A stretch of 32,697 nt of DNA from Barnesiella intestinihominis (GCA_963625415.1 CAVFTG010000001.1:1-32697), one strand, 5' to 3'. Counted from the stretch's first letter, positions 1-9,828 are shown. Translations and numbers: made by a program. The notes: generated by a model from the letters alone, not told the origin.

Positions 1-51
1 GGTCCCCAGTGCCCCCAGGGGCTGTCACGAAGTGACTGGGGGTTGAAAAAA
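1..51 (-). repeat. Dispersed repeat family 1, copy A (truncated by the window edge)
   Basis: Reverse complement TTTTTTCAACCCCCAGTCACTTCGTGACAGCCCCTGGGGGCACTGGGGACC aligns with 1307-1355 (about 80% identity by eye); contains a GTCAC-N3-GTGAC mini-hairpin. Confidence 0.8.
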
Positions 52-84
52 GAAAGGCTCACTTAGTCATCCTGGTCACTCAAT

Positions 85-1284
85 TCATCGGAAATAACAG
101 ATTGAATTTGAGACCCGGTCGACCATGAAACGGTCGTCGCGGGTTTCTTTTTCGTGTCCTATGATACGGACAGCGGAAAGAAGTCTGCCTGCGTTCTTGT
201 AGAAGTCGGGTTCGCCCGGGACAAGGGAGTTTACCCGGACAATCTGCGAAGAATGAACCATGCGCCCGTCCCCGACATACAGTCCGACATGCGTGATTCT
301 GTTTTTCGCGCCGTCAGCACCGCGTTTCCCGAAAAACAGCAGGTCACCGGCTTTCAGACTGTCGGCGCAGAACATCCTTTCTTCAGAGAATCCGTTTTCG
401 CTGAAGGTTGAGTCGTTGTGTCCCGCATCGTTCCCGCAGGAGTCCTCATTGCCCTCTGCCGCAGCCCGGAACACAGGAACCGGCCGTCCGCAGAGCGCCA
501 TCTGGTCGGCGTTGCGCGGGAGCATGAATCCGTTCATGAAATAGGCGAACCTCACGAGTCCGCTGCAGTCGAAGCCGTCGGGGGACATTCCGCCCCAGAG
601 GTACGGCGTTCCGACAAAGCGCATCGCCGTCTCCACCACAGCCTTTCCGGCCGTCTCCCGTTCCTTTGCCGCCTTGTCTTCAGCCTTGCTTCTTTTCCTC
701 GCGTTTTTCTTATCCGCGTTCTCCGCCGCCCACTTGTAGAAATCCCTCACATCGGCGGTTCTCACCCAGCCGGTCTTCCCAGAGGGGGTCTGCACCTTCG
801 CCCAGCCGTCCCTGCGGATCGGAAGCCCGTAGTACCGCACTCTCGGATGCGGCTTTCCGAGCGCCGCACGCACGACGTCGCCCTCCACAAGGTCGCAGAC
901 CACATCCGAGCGGTTTGTCCGGTCGGAATAGATGGCGGAATGCGGCGAGGTGACGATGTATCTCCTTGAGGAAATCCAGTCCTCGATTCCGGCCTCGTCA
1001 GTTCTGTGAACCCCCATGTCCGTGCACCACGCGGTGTAGGGCTGCGGCGTGCGGATCTGGAGCCACCAGCCCTGCTTCCCGACAATTTCCACCACGGTTC
1101 CCATCAGCTCCTGCGTCTCAAGCGGCGACTCGTAATCCGGAGCCTTCCTCAGGTGTGAGACGGAGAAATCGATGATTCCCCATTGTTTCGCTTCCTGTGC
1201 GAGAGCATCCGTCGTGGAAAAGACGACGGCCGAAAGGATTGCCGTCGCGGCGAAAGCCGCAGTGAATATACCGTTGCGCATCAT
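85..1284 (-). CDS. Secreted SH3b + NlpC/P60 (C40) cysteine peptidase, YkfC/dipeptidyl-peptidase VI-like peptidoglycan peptidase
   Basis: N-terminal signal peptide; SH3-like segments (LETQELMGTVVEIV..GWWLQIRTP; GWAKVQTPSGKTGWV); PYLWGG..GFDCSGLV catalytic Cys, HVGLY and MVHSS His motifs. ATG 1284 or 1281 preferred over TTG 1299. Confidence 0.9.
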   Translation of the reverse strand: MMRNGIFTAAFAATAILSAVVFSTTDALAQEAKQWGIIDFSVSHLRKAPDYESPLETQELMGTVVEIVGKQGWWLQIRTPQPYTAWCTDMGVHRTDEAGIEDWISSRRYIVTSPHSAIYSDRTNRSDVVCDLVEGDVVRAALGKPHPRVRYYGLPIRRDGWAKVQTPSGKTGWVRTADVRDFYKWAAENADKKNARKRSKAEDKAAKERETAGKAVVETAMRFVGTPYLWGGMSPDGFDCSGLVRFAYFMNGFMLPRNADQMALCGRPVPVFRAAAEGNEDSCGNDAGHNDSTFSENGFSEERMFCADSLKAGDLLFFGKRGADGAKNRITHVGLYVGDGRMVHSSQIVRVNSLVPGEPDFYKNAGRLLSAVRIIGHEKETRDDRFMVDRVSNSICYFR

Positions 1285-1306
1285 ATTATATGTATTCAAT
1301 TTTATT

Positions 1307-1380
1307 TTTTTTCAACCCCAGTCACTTTGTGACAGCCCTTGATGGCATCGGGACCATATTCCCCGGCCCCCTTGGGTTCG
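1307..1380 (+). repeat. Dispersed repeat family 1, copy B
   Basis: Matches copy A in inverted orientation over 1307-1355, and copy C (21193-21241) via TGACAGCC..TATTCCCCGG..CCCTYGGGTTCG. Confidence 0.8.
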
Positions 1381-1401
1381 TGCCATCGCCGGAGAGCGCG
1401 G

Positions 1402-1409
1402 CAAAGTTA
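1402..1409 (-). promoter_or_regulatory. Bacteroidota primary-sigma -7 element for the NlpC/P60 gene
   Basis: TAACTTTG on the minus strand matches TAnnTTTG, about 120 nt upstream of the start. Confidence 0.6.
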
Positions 1410-1473
1410 CTCAAAATATCCGCAATCACGGTGCGGAATCGTGTCCATGCGGATGAAAACATCTCAATTTCCA

Positions 1474-1558
1474 TCCACTTATTTACGCCTTTCGCTGTTT
1501 CCAATATTTTGATTATCAGATGAGTATATATTTTCCCATTCCCACATTGTCCACTTAT
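1474..1558 (+). promoter_or_regulatory. Candidate SusR-type activator operator (direct repeat)
   Basis: TCCACTTAT at 1474-1482 and 1550-1558 (76-bp period), with TTGATTATCAG between them, just upstream of the susC promoter. Confidence 0.5.
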
Positions 1559-1594
1559 GGCGGAAGGGGGCGAACATCCGAAAGTCAAAATACA

Positions 1595-1602
1595 TAACTT
1601 TG
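1595..1602 (+). promoter_or_regulatory. -7 promoter element of the PUL (susC)
   Basis: TAACTTTG matches TAnnTTTG, 74 nt before the susC ATG; no TTTG -33 element, consistent with activator dependence. Confidence 0.7.
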
Positions 1603-1676
1603 TGCCGACCCGCGGAATGTGGAATACCGCAGGTCATTGATAACACAACAGGATAACCAACTAAATAACCAACCGC

Positions 1677-4655
1677 ATGAGAAAAATTCTTACCATGGTC
1701 ATGCTGTTCGCAGCGGGATTCACCGCATTCGCGCAGCAGCATTCTGTCAGGGGCGCTGTAGTTGACTCTCAGGGCAATCCTCTAACCGGGATAATCGTGC
1801 TGGAGCAGGGTACCAGGAACGGTACCGCCACAGATGCCGACGGAAACTATCTTCTGAAACTTTCCTCTCAGGGAGGGGCAGTGGAGTTCAATGCTCTCGG
1901 CTACAAGCCTGTCATCGAGCAGGTTGCAGGCAGGAGCATCATCAACGTGACAATGCAGGAGGAGGCCATCGCCCTCGATGCAGTCGTCGCCATCGGTTAC
2001 GGAACGGTCCGCAGGAGAGACCTCACCACAGCCGTTTCGACCGTTTCAAACGAGGACATGCAGCTGCGTCCAGTGACCGAGGCTTCCGGTTTCCTTCAGG
2101 GAAAGGTCGCCGGAGTGACGGTTCAGCAGACAAGCGGACTTCCGGGCAGCGGAATGACCGTCCGCGTGCGCGGAGCCTCTTCAATCGCCTCATCCAATGA
2201 CCCTCTCTATGTCGTCGACGGCGTTCCGGTGGGAACCGGAAACTATGCAATCGCATATCTCTCCCCTCAGGACATCGAGACGATGCAGATTCTCAAGGAT
2301 GCGTCATCGGCAGCGATTTACGGTTCGAGAGCCGCGAACGGAGTCATACTCATAACCACGAAACAGGGGAAGAAGAGCCGCGGCCCGCAGATCAGCCTCA
2401 ACGCTTCCGTCGGACTCGCCAATGTGGCGCGGACCTACGAAGTCCTCAATGTCGAGGAATATCGCGAACTTATGGATGAACTCGGCACCGTGTCGCTCCC
2501 TGAAGGGCTCAAGGACGAGACCGACTGGTTCAAAGAGACGTACAAGACCGGAATCAATCAGAACTACCAGCTTTCCGTTTCAAACGCGACTGACAGGATG
2601 AGGTACTACATCAGCGGAGGCTACACCGATGAAAAGGGAATCCTTCCAGTCGCCTACAACAAGAGGGTGAACGTGAAGGCGAGCATGGACTCAGACCTCT
2701 TCAAATGGATAAATGTCGGCGCGGATGTCGCCTATTCGCACTACCGGAACAACGGAATCATCTCCGGAACAGGTTCGAACCGCGCCGGAGTCGTGCTTTC
2801 CGTAATCAACACCCCGACCTACGCGAAGCCTTGGAGCGAGACCAACCCGAACTGGTACTGGACGGAGTTCTACGGAGCCAACCTCACCACTCCTTCCGAG
2901 AACCTCGCCCGCACGGAGAACAACTACACGCAGACGGACCGTCTCCTGCTCACCGGGCACGCCACCATCAAGTTCCACCGCACTTTCCAGTTCAAATCGA
3001 CAGTGACGATGGACCGCAGATGGGTGCATGATTACAGTTTCCTCGATCCGATCAAGACCTCCCACGGGCGCACACAGCACGGCGAGGCCACTTCCACAAG
3101 GAGCGACGACATGAGGATGGTCTATGACAACATCTTCACCTACAACAACACATGGAACGCGAAGCACAACTTCGAAGCCATGGCCGGAACTTCGGCGACG
3201 ACCTCCCGCTGGGAGAATCTCAGCGGCTCGCGCAGCCATTTCTCACCGGACTACGACAATGTCATCTTCGGAATCAACGGCGGAAACAAGGGCGGTCTGA
3301 GAGGACAGTCACAGGGCTATTCGAAATGGGCCATCATGTCCTACCTCGCGAGGGTTTCCTACAACTACGACAGCCGCTACTACATCACGGCCAACTTCCG
3401 CGCTGACGGCTCCTCCAAACTTGCTCCGGGTCACCGCTGGGGACTCTTCCCGTCAGTTTCGGCCGCATGGAGAATCTCCGGTGAGAGCTTCATGAAGGAC
3501 ATCAGCTGGATTGACGACCTCAAACTCCGCGCAGGATGGGGACAGCAGGGAAACCAGTCCGGTCTGGACGACTATGCATGGGTGCAGATGTACGGGATGA
3601 ACTATTCCGACTGGACCGTGGCGGAGAACGCCGACGCAGTGCCGACTCTCGGCTCCAAGACCAACATCGGGAACAAGGATCTCACATGGGAGACCACCAC
3701 GCAGACCAATGTCGGAATCGACTGGTCGATGTTCGGAGGAAGGCTTTCCGTGACCCTTGACGGTTACTACAAATACACGAAGAACCTCCTCATGAACGTG
3801 CCGCTTCCGTCTCCTAACCCTTCAATCTACAGGAACGAAGGCGAGATGTCCAACTGGGGACTCGAACTTGCCCTGAGTTCGGTGAACATCGACAGGGGCG
3901 GATGGCGCTGGACGACCGACTTCAACATCTCGACGAACCGCAACCGGCTCGAGAAACTTTCTCTCCAGCAGGTCTATTACTACACCCAGACTTCCGAGGC
4001 CCTGAGCGAGTATGTCGTCAGGATGACTCCGGGACAGCCTCTTTCCAAATTCTGGGGATATACCGCCCTCGGAGTGGATCCGGAGACAGGTATGATGATT
4101 TACGAGGATCTCAACGGCGACGGCAAGATCAACGTTTCCGACAAACACTACATCGGTGACGCCAACCCTTGGTTCACCGCCGGAATGACCAACACCGTCA
4201 GCTGGAAGGGTCTGAGCCTCAGCTTCCTTCTCACCTCGTCTGTGGGCAACGACATCTACAACGCCTCCAAAATCGAGATGATAGGAATGTACAGCGGCGC
4301 GAACCAGATCAAGGACGCCGTAAGGCGCTGGAGGGTTCCGGGACAGGTCACAGACATCCCGAAGGCCGGCGAACTTGACAACCTCAAGGCTTCCACGCGC
4401 TGGGTCGAGGATGGTTCATATCTGAAAGTCAAGAATATAACCCTTTCTTATGACATCGTCCATCCTGCCCTGAAGAAGGCGAACATTTCGAAGATACGTC
4501 CGTACGTCACCCTCGACAACATGATCACCTTTACGAAATATACGGGCTATGACCCTGAGATGAGCCAGTATTCGGCCGCGACGAACATGGGAATCGACTG
4601 GGGGACATATCCTTGCGTGAAGACCGTACTTTTCGGAGTTAACATTGAATTCTAA
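1677..4655 (+). CDS. susC: SusC/RagA-family TonB-dependent outer-membrane transporter
   Basis: 992 aa; signal peptide, N-terminal extension domain, VVAIGYG, PLYVVDG, ILKDASSAAIYGSRAANGVILITTK plug signature, RADGSSK, C-terminal Phe. Confidence 0.97.
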   Translation: MRKILTMVMLFAAGFTAFAQQHSVRGAVVDSQGNPLTGIIVLEQGTRNGTATDADGNYLLKLSSQGGAVEFNALGYKPVIEQVAGRSIINVTMQEEAIALDAVVAIGYGTVRRRDLTTAVSTVSNEDMQLRPVTEASGFLQGKVAGVTVQQTSGLPGSGMTVRVRGASSIASSNDPLYVVDGVPVGTGNYAIAYLSPQDIETMQILKDASSAAIYGSRAANGVILITTKQGKKSRGPQISLNASVGLANVARTYEVLNVEEYRELMDELGTVSLPEGLKDETDWFKETYKTGINQNYQLSVSNATDRMRYYISGGYTDEKGILPVAYNKRVNVKASMDSDLFKWINVGADVAYSHYRNNGIISGTGSNRAGVVLSVINTPTYAKPWSETNPNWYWTEFYGANLTTPSENLARTENNYTQTDRLLLTGHATIKFHRTFQFKSTVTMDRRWVHDYSFLDPIKTSHGRTQHGEATSTRSDDMRMVYDNIFTYNNTWNAKHNFEAMAGTSATTSRWENLSGSRSHFSPDYDNVIFGINGGNKGGLRGQSQGYSKWAIMSYLARVSYNYDSRYYITANFRADGSSKLAPGHRWGLFPSVSAAWRISGESFMKDISWIDDLKLRAGWGQQGNQSGLDDYAWVQMYGMNYSDWTVAENADAVPTLGSKTNIGNKDLTWETTTQTNVGIDWSMFGGRLSVTLDGYYKYTKNLLMNVPLPSPNPSIYRNEGEMSNWGLELALSSVNIDRGGWRWTTDFNISTNRNRLEKLSLQQVYYYTQTSEALSEYVVRMTPGQPLSKFWGYTALGVDPETGMMIYEDLNGDGKINVSDKHYIGDANPWFTAGMTNTVSWKGLSLSFLLTSSVGNDIYNASKIEMIGMYSGANQIKDAVRRWRVPGQVTDIPKAGELDNLKASTRWVEDGSYLKVKNITLSYDIVHPALKKANISKIRPYVTLDNMITFTKYTGYDPEMSQYSAATNMGIDWGTYPCVKTVLFGVNIEF

Positions 4656-4667
4656 AGATTTGGAGAT

Positions 4668-6197
4668 ATGAAGACGAAATATATTTTTACGACCCGGCTT
4701 TCGGTTCTTGCGCTTCTTTCAGTGTTCGCACTTTCCTCCTGTGACCTGAACCTCTTCCCGGAGACGGGCTACAACGAGGGCAATGTCAAGGTCGATGACA
4801 ACGGCGGCTCCGAGTCGCAGTATTCGACGAGGACCGACATGGAGGGTCTGAGGAACGCCATCTATGAAAACTGGACCAGGGACATACAGGAGAAAGGCTA
4901 TCTCGACTGGCTCGTCTACACTGACTGCCGCGCCGACAACGCCTACGGCGGAAACCCGGGGACGGGAGAGCTGATGGCAATCGAGGCCAACCGCCAGGAC
5001 GGCGAGAACAAGAACGTCCAGAGGGACTGGGACTGGTATCTCGGACAGGTCAACAACTGCAACAACATCATCTGCAACATCGACCGCATCAAAGAGTCCG
5101 ACGCGGCGATGACCGAAAAGGAATGCAATGAATGGAAGTCCGAGGCCTATTGCTGGAGGGCGTGGAACCTCTTCCAGATGTCTCAGATATGGGGAGACAT
5201 TCCTCTCGTGAACACCATCCCTCCGGCAATCACGGCCGACAACATCGAGGAGGTCTATCACGAGTACTATCCGGCAAGAACCGCACGCAAGGCCGTCTAT
5301 GAGCAGATTATCGGGGAACTCGAGTTCGCCGCGCAGAATGCTCCGGACATGGACGCGTCCGACAAGCACCTGTTCACAAAGGGGTTCGCGCACGGAATGC
5401 TCGCGAGAATCTATGCGGAGGAGACCTGCCGCGACTGGGGCAAGGTCATCGAAAACTGCGAGGCCGTCGAAAAGATGGGCTACAGCCTTGTCGACGACTA
5501 CGGGCAGATGTGGGCATACGACGAGACGGATGCGGTGCGCAACACCTCCGAGTCCATCTTCGAGGTCACTTTCACCCGCAGCAGCGGCAACTGGGTGTGG
5601 ATGATGTTCCACCGCAACGCCTACAATCCGTCCGACAGTTTCTCATGGATAAAGTGGGTCACGCCTTCGCGCGACCTTGTCTCCGCTTACGAGAAGGAGG
5701 GCGACACCGAAAGAATGAACGCCTGCATCTGCGAGGACGAGGCTATATGGTCCAACTACTACCCGGGCAACAAATACAAGTTCATGCACAAGATGCCGAC
5801 AAACGCCACCAGCATCATACTGATGCGTCTGGGAGAAATCTATCTTCTCCATGCCGAGGCTCTCGCGAAGACCGGTGACCTCAAGGGCGCGACGGACTAT
5901 GTGAACAAAATCAGGAAGAGAGCCGGCATCAAAGAGATTTCAGTCCCGGCATCCGAGGACGCGGCCATTGACGCGATACTTCATGAGCGCCGCCTTGAGC
6001 TTGCCTTCGAGGGCTTCCGTTTCTATGACCTGCTCCGTCACGGATTCGACAGGGTGAAGGCCGTCCACGACGCTATGCCTCAGACTGACAGCTATTGGCA
6101 GACAAGGCTTCCGCTCACACAGGAAACCGTTCTCATGCCAATCCCTCAGACGGCTCTGGACAACAACCCGAGTCTCGAACCGAATAAAGGTTATTGA
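4668..6197 (+). CDS. susD: SusD/RagB-family glycan-binding lipoprotein
   Basis: Lipobox LSSC; MRLGEIYLLHAEA, ERRLELAFEGFRFYDLLR and PIPQ..NPSLEPNKGY SusD motifs; directly follows susC. Confidence 0.96.
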   Translation: MKTKYIFTTRLSVLALLSVFALSSCDLNLFPETGYNEGNVKVDDNGGSESQYSTRTDMEGLRNAIYENWTRDIQEKGYLDWLVYTDCRADNAYGGNPGTGELMAIEANRQDGENKNVQRDWDWYLGQVNNCNNIICNIDRIKESDAAMTEKECNEWKSEAYCWRAWNLFQMSQIWGDIPLVNTIPPAITADNIEEVYHEYYPARTARKAVYEQIIGELEFAAQNAPDMDASDKHLFTKGFAHGMLARIYAEETCRDWGKVIENCEAVEKMGYSLVDDYGQMWAYDETDAVRNTSESIFEVTFTRSSGNWVWMMFHRNAYNPSDSFSWIKWVTPSRDLVSAYEKEGDTERMNACICEDEAIWSNYYPGNKYKFMHKMPTNATSIILMRLGEIYLLHAEALAKTGDLKGATDYVNKIRKRAGIKEISVPASEDAAIDAILHERRLELAFEGFRFYDLLRHGFDRVKAVHDAMPQTDSYWQTRLPLTQETVLMPIPQTALDNNPSLEPNKGY

Positions 6198-6199
6198 TT

Positions 6200-7738
6200 A
6201 TGTTCAAGCTCAGAATATTGCTTATGGCGCTCTCCTGCGCCGTTCCGCTTGCCTGCTGCTGCTCCCCGTCCGAAGACGGGGGCGGCAACGGAGGCGGGGG
6301 GACGGAGCAGCCGGACAAGCCGCAGACGACCGACATCGTTTCCTACACGACGGCAGCCGACGGATCCAGACTCTTCAGCAGGGACGGCTTCAACTTCGCC
6401 AAGGCCGGCAGCATGAGTCCGAACCAGGTCAGATTCGCCAAGGACGGTTCGGCTCCGGAAGTCGAGGGCTTCGGGCTTGCAGTCACGACGGCATCCGCCT
6501 ACAACCTACTGAAGATGACTCGGGAAGACCGGACGGCCTTTCTCACCGAACTGTTCTCTCCGACCGAGGGTGCCGGTTCGAGCCTCATCAGGGTCAGCAT
6601 CGGGGCGTCAGACTTCTGTCTGAATGACGAATACACATGGTGCGACCGGGAAGGCATGGAGAACTTCGCCGTCGCAGCGGAAGACAGAGACTACCTTTTC
6701 CCTGTTCTGAAGGAGATATATGCCATCAACCCGGACGTGAAGATAATCGGCTCACCATGGTCCTGCCCGCTGTGGATGAAGGGCGGCTCCTACGGATACG
6801 AGGACTATGACAGGGACTATCTCGAAAAGGATTTCCGCAATTGGACGAGCGGCCGTCTGAAGCCTTCGTGCTATGCGGCCTACGCATCCTATTTCACGGA
6901 GTGGATCAGAACCATGGAGTCCAACGGCTTCAAGATTCATGCGATTACCATGCAGAACGAGCCTCTGAACCACGGAAATTCCATGTCGATGTACATGCCG
7001 TGGCGCGACCAGAAGGAATTCATCAAGGTGCTCGGCCCGGCTCTCGAGAAGGCCGGATTCGGCGACGTGAAGATACTTCTGTTCGACCACAACTACAACT
7101 ACGACAACAAGTCCGACCAGAGGAACTACCCGCTCAACATCTATGCTGACACCGAGGCATCCAAGTGGGCCGACGGCTCCGCATGGCACAGCTACGGCGG
7201 CGACGTTTCCGAACTGGACAACATCCGTGCGGCCAATCCGGAGAAGGACATCTACTTCACCGAGGCTTCAATCGGTGAATGGAACTACAGCTTCGGTTCC
7301 TGTCTTCTGAACGATTTCTCGTCGATTTTCCTCGGCACGCTCAAGAGGGGAGGCAAGGGGGTGACCCTGTGGAATCTCATGCTGGACGACAAGAAAGGCC
7401 CGTACAGCCCGCACAGCGGCTCCTGCAAGACCTGCTACGGCGGTGTGACCATAAATTCGTCCGACTACCGGACAATAACGCGCAACTCACATTGGTACAA
7501 TGTTGTACATGCGAGCGCCGTCGTGAAGCCCGGTGCGCGGATGATGACGGTCAGCGGATACGAGGCTCCGTCGGGAACAGAAGTGCTGATGTTCGCGAAC
7601 CCGGACGGGACGGTTGCCGCGCTTGTCTGCAACAAGTCGTCCGAGGAGCGTACGGTGGTGTTCGGCGCGGACAGCTACACCGTGAATCTCAAAGTGCCGG
7701 CGAAGAGTCTCGTTTCGGCGCTGTGGAAAGACAAATAA
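6200..7738 (+). CDS. GH30 glycoside hydrolase lipoprotein, probably a GH30_3 endo-beta-1,6-glucanase
   Basis: Cys-containing signal plus Gly-rich linker; IRVSIGASDF, SPWSCPLWMK, QNEP (acid/base), FDHNY, WHSYGG, FTEAS (nucleophile), WNLMLD. Subfamily inferred from resemblance to BT3312 and from PUL order. Confidence 0.88.
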   Translation: MFKLRILLMALSCAVPLACCCSPSEDGGGNGGGGTEQPDKPQTTDIVSYTTAADGSRLFSRDGFNFAKAGSMSPNQVRFAKDGSAPEVEGFGLAVTTASAYNLLKMTREDRTAFLTELFSPTEGAGSSLIRVSIGASDFCLNDEYTWCDREGMENFAVAAEDRDYLFPVLKEIYAINPDVKIIGSPWSCPLWMKGGSYGYEDYDRDYLEKDFRNWTSGRLKPSCYAAYASYFTEWIRTMESNGFKIHAITMQNEPLNHGNSMSMYMPWRDQKEFIKVLGPALEKAGFGDVKILLFDHNYNYDNKSDQRNYPLNIYADTEASKWADGSAWHSYGGDVSELDNIRAANPEKDIYFTEASIGEWNYSFGSCLLNDFSSIFLGTLKRGGKGVTLWNLMLDDKKGPYSPHSGSCKTCYGGVTINSSDYRTITRNSHWYNVVHASAVVKPGARMMTVSGYEAPSGTEVLMFANPDGTVAALVCNKSSEERTVVFGADSYTVNLKVPAKSLVSALWKDK

Positions 7739-7748
7739 CGTTTAAAGT

Positions 7749-9761
7749 ATGACGAATATGAAACTGAACATAAAAATGACTGCGGTCTTCTGCACCATGG
7801 CCCTCGCGGCGTTCTCCTGCGTGAAGACCCCGACCTTCATAAAGGCGGACAAAGGCCCTGACATGGAGGTCGTCTCACACACCGAATCAACTTACATGGG
7901 AGCGGAAATCGTTGTGAACATCAATCTTTCCGACAAGGATTTCGCGCTTTCGACAGTCAAGGCGTCCCTCCTTTACGGAGAGACGGAGGTCGCTTCCGAG
8001 ACCCTGCGCACAAAGGAGGAGGGGGCGTATGAACTGAAGATTCAGGCTCCGCTACTCAAGGACGTTCCGGACGGGACTGCGAGTCTCGTGCTCAGGGCGC
8101 AGAACGTCGGCCTCGGCATCACCGAGGAAACGCTCGACGTCGCGCTTAAGAGACCGAATTTCGAGACTCTCACCCTGGTCGACGAGTCGGGGAAAAAGTA
8201 TGAAATGGCGAAAACCGCCGACTACAGCTATGAACTTACGGGCGATTTCCCTGCCTATGTCAACGCCAATCTCGTCACCCCCGCATTCAACGGGGAGGAG
8301 GTCATAACTCTCGGCTGGGACGGCTCCGCCCTGACCGCCGCATCGTCCGATCTGATTCCTTTCGGGGCCAGCATCGCCGGGAAATACACCCTTAAGGCGA
8401 ACCTCATGGACTTGACCGTGTCTCCGACCGGAAACGCCGCAGTCGTTTCATGCGCACAGTACCGTCAGGGACAGAAGATGGAGTTCGGGAATGTCGTGAA
8501 TGTCGAGAACTGGACGATAGACCCGGATTTCTTCGATGTGGACAAGGATGCCAAGGCGGTGACCTTCCGCGCCGTGGACGGTCTGTACAGGATGGCTTAT
8601 GACACGGAGAATCTCTTCATCAAGGTTGAGCCGATGAAGGATGAGGAAAATGTGATGACTCTCTCGGAGGATGGTTCTGGCGCAGTCTGGGCAATCGGGC
8701 AGAATTTCGGAAAGCCGGTGATAGGCCCGAGCTGGAACACTGAAGACGGCGCATACCCTGCGGCTCAGGTTTCTGACAAGGTCTATGAGTTCACCCTCGC
8801 TGTTCCGGGCCAGCTTGCGGTTTCCGGAGGCAGGTTCAAGTTCTACGGTGAAAAGGGATGGGGCGGCGATCTCAAGGGAGACGCCTACTCGTCCGTGCAG
8901 CTTTCACCTGCATTCAACATGAGTGACAGCGGAGACATCGAGGTTGCCGACGTCAAGGCAGGAAAGGGCTACAAGATTATTCTCGACCTCACCGGAGGCG
9001 TCAAGGCCGCGAAGATTTCCTATGAAGAGGTTGAAGTCGCCGACACCGGGCTTGACATCACCGTGAACGGAGAGAAGGCTCTCAAGATGTCAGCGAGCGT
9101 GTACAAGGTCACGGCGGTCAAGGTCGAAAAGGGCAGTGTCATCGCTTTTACCGGCATCGACAATCCTCTGGAATGGACGCTCGACAAAGACCACTTCGAA
9201 ATAACTTCCTCCGGTCTGAAGTTCAACGCCGTGAGCGGATGGTACTCTTTCGAACTGAATGTGGAGAACAAATATGTGATTGTCCGCCACGTGAAGTCTG
9301 ACGGAAAGGCTGCGACCTACGCCGACGAGAGGGCGATCACCTTCATGGGCTGGGGCGTGGGATACCCTGCGATGGCTCAGCAGCTCGGCTTCGACACGGG
9401 GCTTCTGATAACCCTCGCCCAGATTGACAACGGGGTCTATCAGTTCACCGGAGTCGCCTGCGAGGACGGGGACAAGACCGTCGTCGGCAACTGCTGGCGC
9501 TACAACGACATTTCTTTCAAGTTCTTCGGTCAGGCCGGTTGGGGAGACGAGATGGGAACGGTCAAGCTCACGGACGAGGCCGCGAAGTACATCGCGCAGG
9601 ACGGCAACATCGAACTTATTGTGGATCACAAAGACGGTGATTCCAAGGTATACAAGCCTCTTGAACTCGGCGCGACCTACCGCATGACGGTCACCGAACC
9701 TTCTGCACTGTACGGAGACCAGAAGCTCTTCGACGTGACCGTCGATTTCCGCAAGCTGTAG
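7749..9761 (+). CDS. Surface glycan-binding lipoprotein (SusE/F-positioned, DUF5125/DUF5121-like, BT3313-like)
   Basis: Lipobox AFSC; beta-strand-rich modules with repeated FKF(Y/F)G..GWG motifs; located after GH30 in the PUL. Confidence 0.75.
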   Translation: MTNMKLNIKMTAVFCTMALAAFSCVKTPTFIKADKGPDMEVVSHTESTYMGAEIVVNINLSDKDFALSTVKASLLYGETEVASETLRTKEEGAYELKIQAPLLKDVPDGTASLVLRAQNVGLGITEETLDVALKRPNFETLTLVDESGKKYEMAKTADYSYELTGDFPAYVNANLVTPAFNGEEVITLGWDGSALTAASSDLIPFGASIAGKYTLKANLMDLTVSPTGNAAVVSCAQYRQGQKMEFGNVVNVENWTIDPDFFDVDKDAKAVTFRAVDGLYRMAYDTENLFIKVEPMKDEENVMTLSEDGSGAVWAIGQNFGKPVIGPSWNTEDGAYPAAQVSDKVYEFTLAVPGQLAVSGGRFKFYGEKGWGGDLKGDAYSSVQLSPAFNMSDSGDIEVADVKAGKGYKIILDLTGGVKAAKISYEEVEVADTGLDITVNGEKALKMSASVYKVTAVKVEKGSVIAFTGIDNPLEWTLDKDHFEITSSGLKFNAVSGWYSFELNVENKYVIVRHVKSDGKAATYADERAITFMGWGVGYPAMAQQLGFDTGLLITLAQIDNGVYQFTGVACEDGDKTVVGNCWRYNDISFKFFGQAGWGDEMGTVKLTDEAAKYIAQDGNIELIVDHKDGDSKVYKPLELGATYRMTVTEPSALYGDQKLFDVTVDFRKL

Positions 9762-9796
9762 AATGATTTTTTCGGGGATGACTTTTTAGTCCCCCC

Positions 9797-9818
9797 GGAG
9801 ACTGTCTAGACAGTCTCC
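9797..9818. repeat. Perfect 22-bp palindrome
   Basis: GGAGACTGTCT-AGACAGTCTCC. Confidence 0.9.
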
Positions 9819-9828
9819 CTCACTTTTC

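Noticed and set aside
1290..1742. Short ORFs (77-88 aa) in the NlpC/P60-susC intergenic region
   Set aside because: They cross the repeat, both promoters and the operator; no coding features or motifs
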